Positions 8,745 to 17,671 of a stretch of DNA of 64,000 nucleotides are shown here, piece after piece. Below the pieces are notes generated by a model. The model worked only from the letters and a program-made list of their open reading frames with translations, did no database searches and was not told the origin of the DNA. Origin of the DNA: a virus. Lineage: Duplodnaviria > Caudoviricetes. The stretch spans positions 34,179 to 98,178 of IMG/VR virus record IMGVR_UViG_3300044957_001482; one strand, 5' to 3'. A program made the position numbers and the translations under genes. Within the stretch, counting starts at the first letter, position 1; each line of letters starts with the position of its first letter.

Positions 8745-9977
8745 ATGTACAGTGTGTATCAACCATGGGATCCGTTGAAAATCTGCGTGGTAGGACGCAG
8801 CTATCCTCCCGAGTTTTACAGTTTCATCGACAACCCTCGCTTGCGAGCACTGTTTGAAAAAATCGCAATCGAAACCGAAGAGGACTACCAAAAACTCATA
8901 GTCACATTAACCAATCTAGGAGTCAGAGTCATACGCCCAAACGTTCCCAGTGTGTGTGCAGATGATTTTGTAAGCAATTATCAACGGATCCCTGGCCCAA
9001 TCAGCATGGTGCCCAGAGACCAGATGATCATGGTCGGAGAGAAATTTTTCGTATTTCCATACGACAGGATTTCGGTCAAATCGTCAGGCAGAAATATCCC
9101 CCGCGGGAACTGGACCGAGGATCTCTATCACAGGATCAAGGGGCCCGATTGGCCACAAGCATTTACACCCTATGAAAAATTACCATTGTGGATACAGGAT
9201 GAATGTCATACGATTCTCAAAATTGATGTCTGCCCTGGGGAAGATTTTGAAAATTTCGTCAAGGTTTCCAGCGGGTATCATTGGTGGTCTCCGATTACCA
9301 GTCTGGTCCAAGCAGCCGGCAATCCTGTGATCCAAAATCAGCACCATGCCGCGCTCAATTGTATTCCTGCAAACGGCGTTACCCAGATTGGAAAAGATTT
9401 ATATTTTGGAATATCAAACAATCATGGAGAAAATACCGACATAAAAAATCTCATCGATGATTTTTTTCAGGATTATCGATGCCACTTGATAACATCCGGC
9501 GGTCATATCGATGGATGTTTCAATCCAGTGATTCCGGGTCTAATCATAAGCACACGCGATATCTCTACCTATCAATCCACGTTTCCTGGGTGGCAAGTGG
9601 TTTTTTTACCAGGGGAAAGTTATGGAAAATTACAGCCGTTCCTGGACCTCAAAAAAAAGAATCAAGGAAAATGGTGGATCAAGGGCAGTGAGTACGATCA
9701 CGAGTTGATCGATTATGTAGAAACCTGGCTAGGCGACTGGGTAGGATATGTCGAAGAAAGTGTGTTTGACGTCAACTGCCTGACCGTTGACACAAAAAAT
9801 GTCATAGTTTCTTCTTATAACAGCTCAGTGTTTGATACGTTCGATCAGCACGGAATCACTGCACACATTTGTCCGTTGAGACACAGATATTTCTGGGACG
9901 GTGGAATACACTGCGTGACCCTGGACATAGATCGCGACGGCTATCAACAGGACTGGTTCCCAGACAGATCAAGATGA
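8745..9977 (+). CDS. Amidinotransferase (glycine/inosamine-phosphate amidinotransferase family, pentein fold)
   Basis: N-terminal WDPLKICVVGR plus PRD, GHIDG and the C-terminal GGIHCVTLD with catalytic Cys. Confidence 0.85.
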   Translation: MYSVYQPWDPLKICVVGRSYPPEFYSFIDNPRLRALFEKIAIETEEDYQKLIVTLTNLGVRVIRPNVPSVCADDFVSNYQRIPGPISMVPRDQMIMVGEKFFVFPYDRISVKSSGRNIPRGNWTEDLYHRIKGPDWPQAFTPYEKLPLWIQDECHTILKIDVCPGEDFENFVKVSSGYHWWSPITSLVQAAGNPVIQNQHHAALNCIPANGVTQIGKDLYFGISNNHGENTDIKNLIDDFFQDYRCHLITSGGHIDGCFNPVIPGLIISTRDISTYQSTFPGWQVVFLPGESYGKLQPFLDLKKKNQGKWWIKGSEYDHELIDYVETWLGDWVGYVEESVFDVNCLTVDTKNVIVSSYNSSVFDTFDQHGITAHICPLRHRYFWDGGIHCVTLDIDRDGYQQDWFPDRSR

Positions 9978-10417
9978 CCTACCAATTTGCTCGCATAGAT
10001 CTCAACAAGACATCTTACCAGGCCACAGTGGACTGGCAATATATCACGGATCGCGATGACCCGACACTGACCAAATTAAATAATATCTACCGCACCTACT
10101 GTATCTACAAACGCTTTGCCTCGGTCATGCCCGTGTTTCCAAGTAGATACCGTGACTCCATGTCCGATGTCATTGGCTATTATGACCAGGGTGAATTGGT
10201 GGCCTGGAGCCTGATACGAAGATTTGACTCTCACAATGCATTGTGTGATCAATTTGCCTGGACTTATCATCGACCAGGCATGAGACTGGGAATCGAAAGC
10301 ATGAAGACCGAATGCGCCATCTATCGAGCACGAGGTTTTCACTATCTCTACCTTGAGCAAGCGCATTTGTACAAGCAAGAGATCGACGGATTTGAATTAC
10401 TAGGACCTATGACATAA
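9974..10417 (+). CDS. GNAT-fold aminoacyl-tRNA transferase-like protein (ATE C-terminal-domain-like)
   Basis: ATG at 9974 overlaps the upstream stop. YYDQGELVAWS...RLGIESMKTECAIYRARGFHYLYL...YK parallels the ATE_C pattern YxxGxLxA...LG....E.......G..YxYL....YK. Confidence 0.55.
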   Translation: MTYQFARIDLNKTSYQATVDWQYITDRDDPTLTKLNNIYRTYCIYKRFASVMPVFPSRYRDSMSDVIGYYDQGELVAWSLIRRFDSHNALCDQFAWTYHRPGMRLGIESMKTECAIYRARGFHYLYLEQAHLYKQEIDGFELLGPMT

Positions 10418-10749
10418 TGGATTTATACACTATCTGGGCCGACAAGGACGGCGACATTTCGGATGTAGAGTGGGTAGCAGGAATGAAGCAATTTTTTGAT
10501 CATCTGGTTACCGAGGGCAAGATGCAGGGCTACAGAATCACACGTTGCAAAATGGGATTTCGTAGCATCTCAGACATGCCCGAATGGATGATCATCATGG
10601 AATTCCGGGACATGGCACAGATGGATCAGGCATTCCGCCGTGTGGCTCGCAAAGAAGGCGAACTGGAGGATGCTCATAGATCGTTCAATCAGTTTGTGGC
10701 AGGCAACATACAACATGCACTGTTCCGAGACTGGCCAGATGACATCTAA
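10417..10749 (+). CDS. Small dimeric alpha/beta-barrel-like hypothetical protein
   Basis: 110 aa: YTIWAD...YRITRCKMGFRS..PEWMIIMEFRDMAQMDQAF...H...ALFRDWP. Start overlaps the upstream stop. Confidence 0.6.
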   Translation: MDLYTIWADKDGDISDVEWVAGMKQFFDHLVTEGKMQGYRITRCKMGFRSISDMPEWMIIMEFRDMAQMDQAFRRVARKEGELEDAHRSFNQFVAGNIQHALFRDWPDDI

Positions 10750-11159
10750 GATGTGCTTCGCACATCTGTTCTTCGCTTGCGCTCGAACTGTTTGTCTGTA
10801 CTAAGTATCATCCAGATTTAGTGGTCATACTTGCCCGTTGCCGGGCAAGTAATGGTCGCATCATCCGAGTTTACGCAGCCATTTTGCACGAGAAGATTTG
10901 TACTTGATGAACAGACAATTCTGTCGAGAACTGTCGGTCTAATACGTACAACGGAGGTGGTTGTGCTGTACCCCCTACTTCAGCCTTGACTCACAACGGA
11001 ACGTGTGTGACCCTGTGCAAACAAAGTCGACCACGCCAAGGTTGTGTCTTTTTCACAGAGCCTTGATCATTTCAGCCTTAGTTAGCTGTTGCCTTTGACA
11101 CCCAAGATCCGCCGGTAAACTAATACAAGCTCAATGGGGACCAGTCCTGTTCACTGGTC
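10749..11159 (-). ncRNA. Candidate large structured non-coding RNA (family not recognised)
   Basis: A ~410-nt gap with no ORF in the track, between convergent genes, in an otherwise gap-free genome. At least six stems; G-U pairs and a GCAA tetraloop favour the minus strand (details in findings). Confidence 0.6.
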
Positions 11160-12186
11160 ACAGAGTCTTTGAAAGTTGCCTTACGAAAGTGTGATATGTG
11201 TTTGGTTCTAACAGTTGATGTAATTGTTGTGTGTTGGTAAATTTTTTGAGGCCATACGATCTAAGATTGAGATTATGATGATATAGTAAATGATGTTGAA
11301 TAGCTGCTTCACGCATAAGGTCGAGGTCAAATCGGTCAAGCGCAAGATTCTGTCCGTTGAGTATGGCCTGTATGATGCGGTCAAATGCCCAGACAAATCG
11401 CATACGGTCATAGTGAATCCTGGACCAAACTCGATAGAGGCTCAACCAGGACGACCATCTATCTTCGACCAACTCAACACCAACATGCTTCAAAAGATCG
11501 GGCATTGCTTGATCTAGACAGAACCAATTTTCTGTGGCTTCTAGACCATAGTAATTACAATGATCGAATCGCTCGTCGCTGAATCCTGGCTGTGCAGGGG
11601 GCATGTTGAGAGCCAGGAATTCTCGCAGATCCCAGATTTGATCGAGTCCTTGTGATTTCCATATCGCATAATCCCGGCCAAAGAAAAATTCAATGAAATC
11701 GTGATTTTGTTGGTCCGCGGTCTGGTTGACAGCCGAAGCATCTTGCCATTTTTTTCTCAGTTTCCGAGGTTCCCATTTTGTATGGTACCGATGATACTGG
11801 CTGGACAACCGCACACGTATCATGTAGTCGCTGTGTGTACATGCTAGATCCACGGTTTTTTGATCTAGCACAGGGTCAAATGGCCATTTATTGTCCGAGT
11901 CGATGTCAATTTGACCACGTTCAAAATTGTGAAGATACACTATCTGTGTGGTTGATTGGGACAATGGCCGTAGCGTGTCAACACACTGTTGAAGTTCGTT
12001 GAGGCTGGTAGCATGATTCACAGCAAACTGGTGAGCATTTCGCTCAGTCAATGGGTTGTCTCCGACTTCACAGGTGCTGTTGGATTTTACATGGTAGTGA
12101 TGATCCTGGCCAGACAGCCTCAGGATGCTCCAGGCCAAAAAGGTGCCTCCGACTGCAGGATCTGTGATTAGAGAAATCAACGGCAT
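11158..12186 (-). CDS. Hypothetical protein with sulfotransferase/P-loop-like N-terminus
   Basis: 342 aa. ISLITDPAVGGTFLAWSI resembles a beta-strand plus GxT PAPS-binding loop. Confidence 0.45.
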   Translation of the reverse strand: MPLISLITDPAVGGTFLAWSILRLSGQDHHYHVKSNSTCEVGDNPLTERNAHQFAVNHATSLNELQQCVDTLRPLSQSTTQIVYLHNFERGQIDIDSDNKWPFDPVLDQKTVDLACTHSDYMIRVRLSSQYHRYHTKWEPRKLRKKWQDASAVNQTADQQNHDFIEFFFGRDYAIWKSQGLDQIWDLREFLALNMPPAQPGFSDERFDHCNYYGLEATENWFCLDQAMPDLLKHVGVELVEDRWSSWLSLYRVWSRIHYDRMRFVWAFDRIIQAILNGQNLALDRFDLDLMREAAIQHHLLYHHNLNLRSYGLKKFTNTQQLHQLLEPNTYHTFVRQLSKTL

Positions 12187-12692
12187 AAATCACGCACGGT
12201 ATTGGCATTGAGTTCCCAGAACAGCTCATGGTCCATGATGATCCACTGGCCACGAAGCCCGGCGGCATAATTGAAATGTCTGGTATAGATCAATGAAGTC
12301 TGATTGGGCTGCAACTGAACAGCCACATACGTGCCTTTGCGATTGAACTTCATAAAAATAATGTTGAAATCGCCGAGATCAGACACAGCCATGCATTGAT
12401 CGATCCAGTCGTCCAAAATTTTGACCGATCCTGAAAAAAGCTGATGAAAAGGAAAGTTCTGGTAATTTTTGCATTCTGCGTTGAGCCTGGAAAACGATTC
12501 GCCGGGTATGATGTCGCCCTTGAATGTGCGTATCTGTCCTTCGTGCAACAACTGTTTGCGATGGGTGTTTTTTCCACCTATGTACGCGCCCGACCCCGGC
12601 GCTCGCATGAATCGCTCACCGTAGAGTTCGGTGAGAAAATCCGCGATGTAACGCTCAAAGGAGTTGCCTTTGGTTTTGCTGGGACTGGGCAT
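12177..12692 (-). CDS. Holliday junction resolvase (Hjc-type PD-(D/E)xK nuclease)
   Basis: SKTKGNSFER...PGSGA...GDII...AECKNY motif set. Confidence 0.8.
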   Translation of the reverse strand: MPSPSKTKGNSFERYIADFLTELYGERFMRAPGSGAYIGGKNTHRKQLLHEGQIRTFKGDIIPGESFSRLNAECKNYQNFPFHQLFSGSVKILDDWIDQCMAVSDLGDFNIIFMKFNRKGTYVAVQLQPNQTSLIYTRHFNYAAGLRGQWIIMDHELFWELNANTVRDLCR

Positions 12693-12696
12693 GGTG

Positions 12697-13275
12697 TTAT
12701 TGTTTATGATCTAGATTGACCCAGGCAGTAATTTCCTCTATACAGGTGTTACTTTGCATGGCAAGACACAGCGTTATCATGTCAATGATATCAGTTAGAG
12801 AATGGCCAAGGTCTGTGGGTTCTGCGAGTGCCCGACTCGTTGGCTTCGCCAATTGATCGACATTGAGCAACGTTGTCCTGAATCTCACATGGTTTTGCTT
12901 AAAGGCTCTGCTCCATTGATGACTGTGATATCGCAAAACTGCTTTGTTGGCAGCATAGAGATCATGGTCCAACACAGGCGGAATTTCCGAGACACTGGCC
13001 ACTCCACCTATATTAATAATGTAGCCGGATTTATCACACTGCTTCCAGGTTGTAGCAAGTTGGTTGAGTAATTTGGTTTGGCAAAAATCACCGTTGATTT
13101 CGCCATATACCCCATCATATGCATTGTTTATAAAAATATCATGGTCAAGACTTGCCTGTACTAGATCATTGATATTATTTCGTAGATCGTGCCCGGTACT
13201 GCGGCTAACACTGCTTCCCTTAAAATGTTGACAAATGGCCAGGCCCAGGCCTTGATTTCCGCCGGTTATCAACAT
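12697..13275 (-). CDS. Short-chain dehydrogenase/reductase (SDR)
   Basis: ITGGNQGLG (TGxxxGxG), FINNA, IINIG and catalytic YAANK (YxxxK). Confidence 0.8.
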   Translation of the reverse strand: MLITGGNQGLGLAICQHFKGSSVSRSTGHDLRNNINDLVQASLDHDIFINNAYDGVYGEINGDFCQTKLLNQLATTWKQCDKSGYIINIGGVASVSEIPPVLDHDLYAANKAVLRYHSHQWSRAFKQNHVRFRTTLLNVDQLAKPTSRALAEPTDLGHSLTDIIDMITLCLAMQSNTCIEEITAWVNLDHKQ

Positions 13276-15035
13276 TTGACTTCTATGTCGGAACTATAAT
13301 TGGTAAATCCGCCTTCTTTGACCACACGCAAGATATTGTTCACACGCCCGACCAATTCGTCTCGATGACTTACTAGCCAAATTGATTTTTTACGATCTCG
13401 GCTTATCTTTTTCAATAACGATAGAGAATTTTCCATGCCTGCAGTGTCCATGCCCGAATCAATTAATTCATCAATAAACAGGAGATTGATGGAGGAATAC
13501 AAACTTTCCCACACATCACGGAATGCCCAGCTCATTGACAGTATCAATCGATTGCGCTCGCCGCGACTCAAGTTATCAAAATCAAGATCGCGCCCTAGCT
13601 CTGAGATCTCGACTGTGAGATCGTTCTGGAATATGACCCGATGAGGCAATCCAATGCGGTCAAGATAATAAGTGAGACGAGAATTTAGATAGGAAAGATT
13701 TTGTTCGATGATTTTTTTGCGTATGAACGAATCTTTGTTGGTGAGAAGCTTGAGCAAGAAGTCCTGGTGATCTTGCAGCCGAACAAGTTCGTTTAGCGAG
13801 TCATAGTCTACCACTTGCAGAGCCTGTTTCTGCATCTCTACGATTTGCTCACCGTAGGGATCAATTTCCCCTTGCCGCAGCGCAAGGTCTCGACGCAACT
13901 GATCTAGGCTGCTGCGATGATTCAGCGCCTGTTCTAGATCATCATAGAACACTGCGGGCATTGGACCAGCGATGCCCAGCCGAGCCAAGGCATCGGTATG
14001 TTCTGTTCGTTGGGTCTGATTTGCAAGTAGTTGCGCGACAGTGTCTTTGAGCTCGATCTGCTTGTTTTGTAGCAAGTCGTCCTGGTGATGGTCGTGCAGT
14101 TCGTGCCCGCAGGCGTGACACCGGCGTTCCTGTAATTTTTGTATATCCTTCCTGAGAGCAGCCTCGGCCTTGACAAGACGTGCCAGATCAAGGTCTATGC
14201 TGACAATCCATTTTTGTGCGTCCACACGCGCTGTAACAGCGCGGTTGTATTCGTCTAATGCACGGTGCGATCTGATTTCCTGATCGATATCGATATGCTC
14301 CAGTTGGTCTATAGCAGTCTGCAGTGCAACACAATCTTCTTGTTGCTTTTTGATCCACAGTGTCTGGCGCGTTTTAAGACTTTCGATCTGTTGTTCGATT
14401 CTACGATTGGCTTCCTGCAACGCTCGGATACGTAACTCTTCGGCAACAATGGTTTCCCTGGTAGAACGATTCAGCTCCTTGATACGTTCTGCTCGCTCGC
14501 TCAGCTGTGTAATGCCCAACAGTTGTTCGATGATTGCTCTCTGATCATTGGATTTGAGACTAAGAAACGGTTCGGTATAGGTATTTAGAGCTACAATGTG
14601 TCGGAACATGTCGTGGCTCATTCCTAGCAATGTGTCGATGGCAACCTGTGTTTCTCTGCTATCGCCTTGGCTGTCATCGGTTACCACTTGTTCCTGGTGG
14701 TTAACATAAAATCTGAGTACATTGGGTTTGCGACCTCGTTCCACTCGGTATTCCTGTCCGTTGACAGAAAAATCAAGACTGACCAACATGTTCTTACCGT
14801 TGGTTTTGTTGATGAGATTGTCTCGACGGATGTTGGTCAGGGCCTGACCATACAGCGCGTAACTCAGTGCATTGATAATAGTGGTTTTACCGGTTCCGTT
14901 TCTCGATCCATCGCCACCGAGGTCTAGATTTTCTCCCAGCACCAACGTAAGATCCTGTCGGTCAAAATTAACAGTCTGCGATGCGTTGCCCACACTCATG
15001 AAATTTCGCACAATAAGATGTTTTATCTGAATCAT
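13269..15035 (-). CDS. Recombination endonuclease ATPase subunit, T4 gp46/SbcC/Rad50-like
   Basis: Likely start MIQIKHLIVRNFMSVG at 15035. Walker A NGTGKTT, zinc hook CHAC, signature LSRGE, Walker B LLFIDE and H-loop VSH. Confidence 0.93.
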   Translation of the reverse strand: MIQIKHLIVRNFMSVGNASQTVNFDRQDLTLVLGENLDLGGDGSRNGTGKTTIINALSYALYGQALTNIRRDNLINKTNGKNMLVSLDFSVNGQEYRVERGRKPNVLRFYVNHQEQVVTDDSQGDSRETQVAIDTLLGMSHDMFRHIVALNTYTEPFLSLKSNDQRAIIEQLLGITQLSERAERIKELNRSTRETIVAEELRIRALQEANRRIEQQIESLKTRQTLWIKKQQEDCVALQTAIDQLEHIDIDQEIRSHRALDEYNRAVTARVDAQKWIVSIDLDLARLVKAEAALRKDIQKLQERRCHACGHELHDHHQDDLLQNKQIELKDTVAQLLANQTQRTEHTDALARLGIAGPMPAVFYDDLEQALNHRSSLDQLRRDLALRQGEIDPYGEQIVEMQKQALQVVDYDSLNELVRLQDHQDFLLKLLTNKDSFIRKKIIEQNLSYLNSRLTYYLDRIGLPHRVIFQNDLTVEISELGRDLDFDNLSRGERNRLILSMSWAFRDVWESLYSSINLLFIDELIDSGMDTAGMENSLSLLKKISRDRKKSIWLVSHRDELVGRVNNILRVVKEGGFTNYSSDIEVKC

Positions 15036-15128
15036 TCTATTTTTATAGATTCCTATAGTGATAATACAAAAGTTCGATAACTGATTGTGATGTTCGCCGG
15101 GGGGGTCGTCGACAAAAATACATTGCAA

Positions 15129-16646
15129 TTATACTTGATATCCCATTGCAGATGCAATTTCTCGATGAGTATCGGCAAACGTTTCATGTCTTCGTTGGTC
15201 AAGCATTGACATGTATTCCACGAATTCCTGACCGTTGCTACCGGCACTGGCTGATATTCTTTTTGCCAAATTTGAAAGTTCTTTGATATTGTGATTTTTA
15301 TACTTGGAAACCACCAATTCCTTTGCTAAATCGGTCATGTAATCGACACAAAGATATGTTGGCTGGTCTAGATAGTTAAGAGTGATATTTAGATCTTGTT
15401 CGCTGGCCCAAAAAAACAATGACTCGAGATACAAAACATTCTGTATGTTAACTGTTGGCATTATGTAAATGCGTAGTTGGCTGTCGGCCCAACTTTTTAA
15501 CTTGTTGATATTGTCTTGTATTTCTTTCCAAGATCCGCCACGTTGCAATTCAAATCTTTGGTTGGTGTCATCGATGCTGACAGCTATGTCTACCGATTGA
15601 AATTTTTTTAACAATGGCATGAATTTTTCTGGATAAACAGAACCATTGGTATTGATGTGTAGACGTATGTGATCACTGTCTCCGGACTGGATAGCCAGTT
15701 CTAAAAACAAATATATGTTTTTGAGCAACAACGGCTCGCCACCGTAAAAATCGATATTGATAAGGTTGGGCAACAGATTGATCAGTTGTTCGAGAAAATC
15801 TTTGTTGTGGTCAAACCATCTGCCCTGGTACAGTAAAGACAAAATTTCAGTTTTATCATCGTGTGCGGAGTATCTCAACTTTTCAACAGCGATACTCGAG
15901 CTGGAGGCCGGGGAACATATCCTGCATTTGAAATTGCAAATATTACCGGCCTTGATGTCAATGGATTGCAGCGTTGGATTGTCAATGAGCTCACTCAACA
16001 AATGTTGTCGATACAGACTCAAATGATTTTGTCGATTGCTGGTCAGCCCATTTTTTTCAAGATTCCAGCAATGACTGCATCCAACCGGCTGCTTGCCGTC
16101 AGACAATTCTCGACGCAGAGCGGTAAGGCTGGTGCCGTGAAATATATTTTGCATGGTATCCGTGGATACCGAACCAATTTTGCCTTGATAAACACAACAC
16201 GGTGCATAATGTCCGGTATTGCTAACAGCCAGGTGCATCCAGGGCATGGGGCAAAGGGTCTGTTCGTTGATCAAAAAATTGTCAGGCAATATTTTACCGG
16301 AATCTATGTCGTGAATTTCACAAACAATGGGCGACGAATCTGCATCACCGTATACTCGGTGGCTGAGATCAAACAGATGCTGAGTTGGCTCGCCGCAAAA
16401 AATCAATATAAAAAAATTGCTGATATCTACAAGTTTGGCTGCCCGTTGTATATGATCGGCCAATTGCTGGCTTGGCGCATGTTGACAATAAAAAACAATA
16501 CGTTCATTGTGTTGATACTCAAATCGATGCAGGCTTGTTAATTTTCTATAGATAGACCCGGTGGACTGATTGATTGTAGACAGATCGATCGACTCGATGA
16601 CCAAATATCTCGTTCCGATGTAATCCGATACTCCTCTATTCATCAT
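15129..16646 (-). CDS. Radical SAM protein with N-terminal SPASM/twitch-like Cys cluster
   Basis: CNFKCRIC (CX3CX2C), GGEP, and auxiliary CPMPW...PCC...CSHC. AT-rich gene sitting between gp47 and gp46. Confidence 0.9.
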   Translation of the reverse strand: MMNRGVSDYIGTRYLVIESIDLSTINQSTGSIYRKLTSLHRFEYQHNERIVFYCQHAPSQQLADHIQRAAKLVDISNFFILIFCGEPTQHLFDLSHRVYGDADSSPIVCEIHDIDSGKILPDNFLINEQTLCPMPWMHLAVSNTGHYAPCCVYQGKIGSVSTDTMQNIFHGTSLTALRRELSDGKQPVGCSHCWNLEKNGLTSNRQNHLSLYRQHLLSELIDNPTLQSIDIKAGNICNFKCRICSPASSSSIAVEKLRYSAHDDKTEILSLLYQGRWFDHNKDFLEQLINLLPNLINIDFYGGEPLLLKNIYLFLELAIQSGDSDHIRLHINTNGSVYPEKFMPLLKKFQSVDIAVSIDDTNQRFELQRGGSWKEIQDNINKLKSWADSQLRIYIMPTVNIQNVLYLESLFFWASEQDLNITLNYLDQPTYLCVDYMTDLAKELVVSKYKNHNIKELSNLAKRISASAGSNGQEFVEYMSMLDQRRHETFADTHREIASAMGYQV

Positions 16647-17659
16647 AGTGTGCGATAGATGTTCATTAGCAATTTTGGATCGTAAAATTCCGATTCAAGC
16701 CGGGCAATCTGATCGATCACAATCTGATCCACGGATTCAAACTTTACATCACCGGGCGCCATATCTTCTTCCAGTGCAGATTGTTTGTTGGGCATAAGTG
16801 CTATCTCTTGCAATGCATATTTGCCAGCAAATGTTTCTTTAATATAATTGGCTTCCTCATAAGAAATTTCAATATCTAGCTGGACTCGGACATGCATCTT
16901 GGGTTTCAGTATTTGATCCCCGCGATCAATTAAGGTTGACAAGTCAAATACATTGTAAAGAGGCTGATCGGGCCAGGCATGATATTCGGGCTCCGCACCC
17001 CAAGGCAATATCATGCAACCACGTTGGTCATCGCCGGCATCGGCAAAGTTATGGGGGAAACAGTTTCCAATGTAATTGATGTTGTTCTTGTGCTGACGTA
17101 GATGAAAATGTCCAGAAAAGACTTTTCCAAACCCTCGAAAGTGCTCGGCCTTGATCTCACCATGATCGGGCATTTCGACCATGGCATTCATTTTAAAATG
17201 TGGTAATTCAAAATGACCAAACATATACTGACCGGACATTTTTTGGATTCGCTTGTGATCATCTCCTACCAGCCACGGCGCGATCACAACATCACCTTCG
17301 CGGAACCAATCATTGCATATGTGTATGTTGGGCAGGTGCTGTGCCCAGGAAGCTCCGTGTATGTCGCGCCGATCTCGATAGTAGAGATCGTGGTTGCCGG
17401 GAATGAAGAAAAATTGCGAAAATGCCGATGACAATTTTTCTAGGCTCCTGAGGCTGAAATCCAGAGTATGCAAATTGATAGATGCTCGGTGATGATGCCA
17501 GTCGCCTAGAAATAGTCCGGTTTCGCATTCATGTTCTTGAGCCATTTCGATGACCCAATCAACAAATCGTTCACAGTCTTGATTGTGAACCACACTGTTT
17601 GATTTCAACCCAAAATGAATGTCAGTGAATGCGATTGCCTTACAAAACAAGTTTGCCAT
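16643..17659 (-). CDS. Recombination endonuclease nuclease subunit, T4 gp47/SbcD/Mre11-like
   Basis: Metallophosphoesterase motifs TDIHFG, LGD, GNHD, GHFE and SGHFH. Confidence 0.93.
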   Translation of the reverse strand: MANLFCKAIAFTDIHFGLKSNSVVHNQDCERFVDWVIEMAQEHECETGLFLGDWHHHRASINLHTLDFSLRSLEKLSSAFSQFFFIPGNHDLYYRDRRDIHGASWAQHLPNIHICNDWFREGDVVIAPWLVGDDHKRIQKMSGQYMFGHFELPHFKMNAMVEMPDHGEIKAEHFRGFGKVFSGHFHLRQHKNNINYIGNCFPHNFADAGDDQRGCMILPWGAEPEYHAWPDQPLYNVFDLSTLIDRGDQILKPKMHVRVQLDIEISYEEANYIKETFAGKYALQEIALMPNKQSALEEDMAPGDVKFESVDQIVIDQIARLESEFYDPKLLMNIYRTL

Positions 17660-17671
17660 GAGACGATTTCT

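Noticed and set aside
10749-11159. tRNA, tmRNA or group I/II intron
   Set aside because: No cloverleaf or CCA end, no recognisable P7 or domain V motif, and it does not interrupt a gene.
15036-15128. 31-aa N-terminal extension of gp46 and the G7 run at 15099-15105 as a phase-variation site
   Set aside because: The ORF-track start is a TTG; the SbcC-type sequence starts at ATG 15035. The G run is short and intergenic with no supporting evidence.
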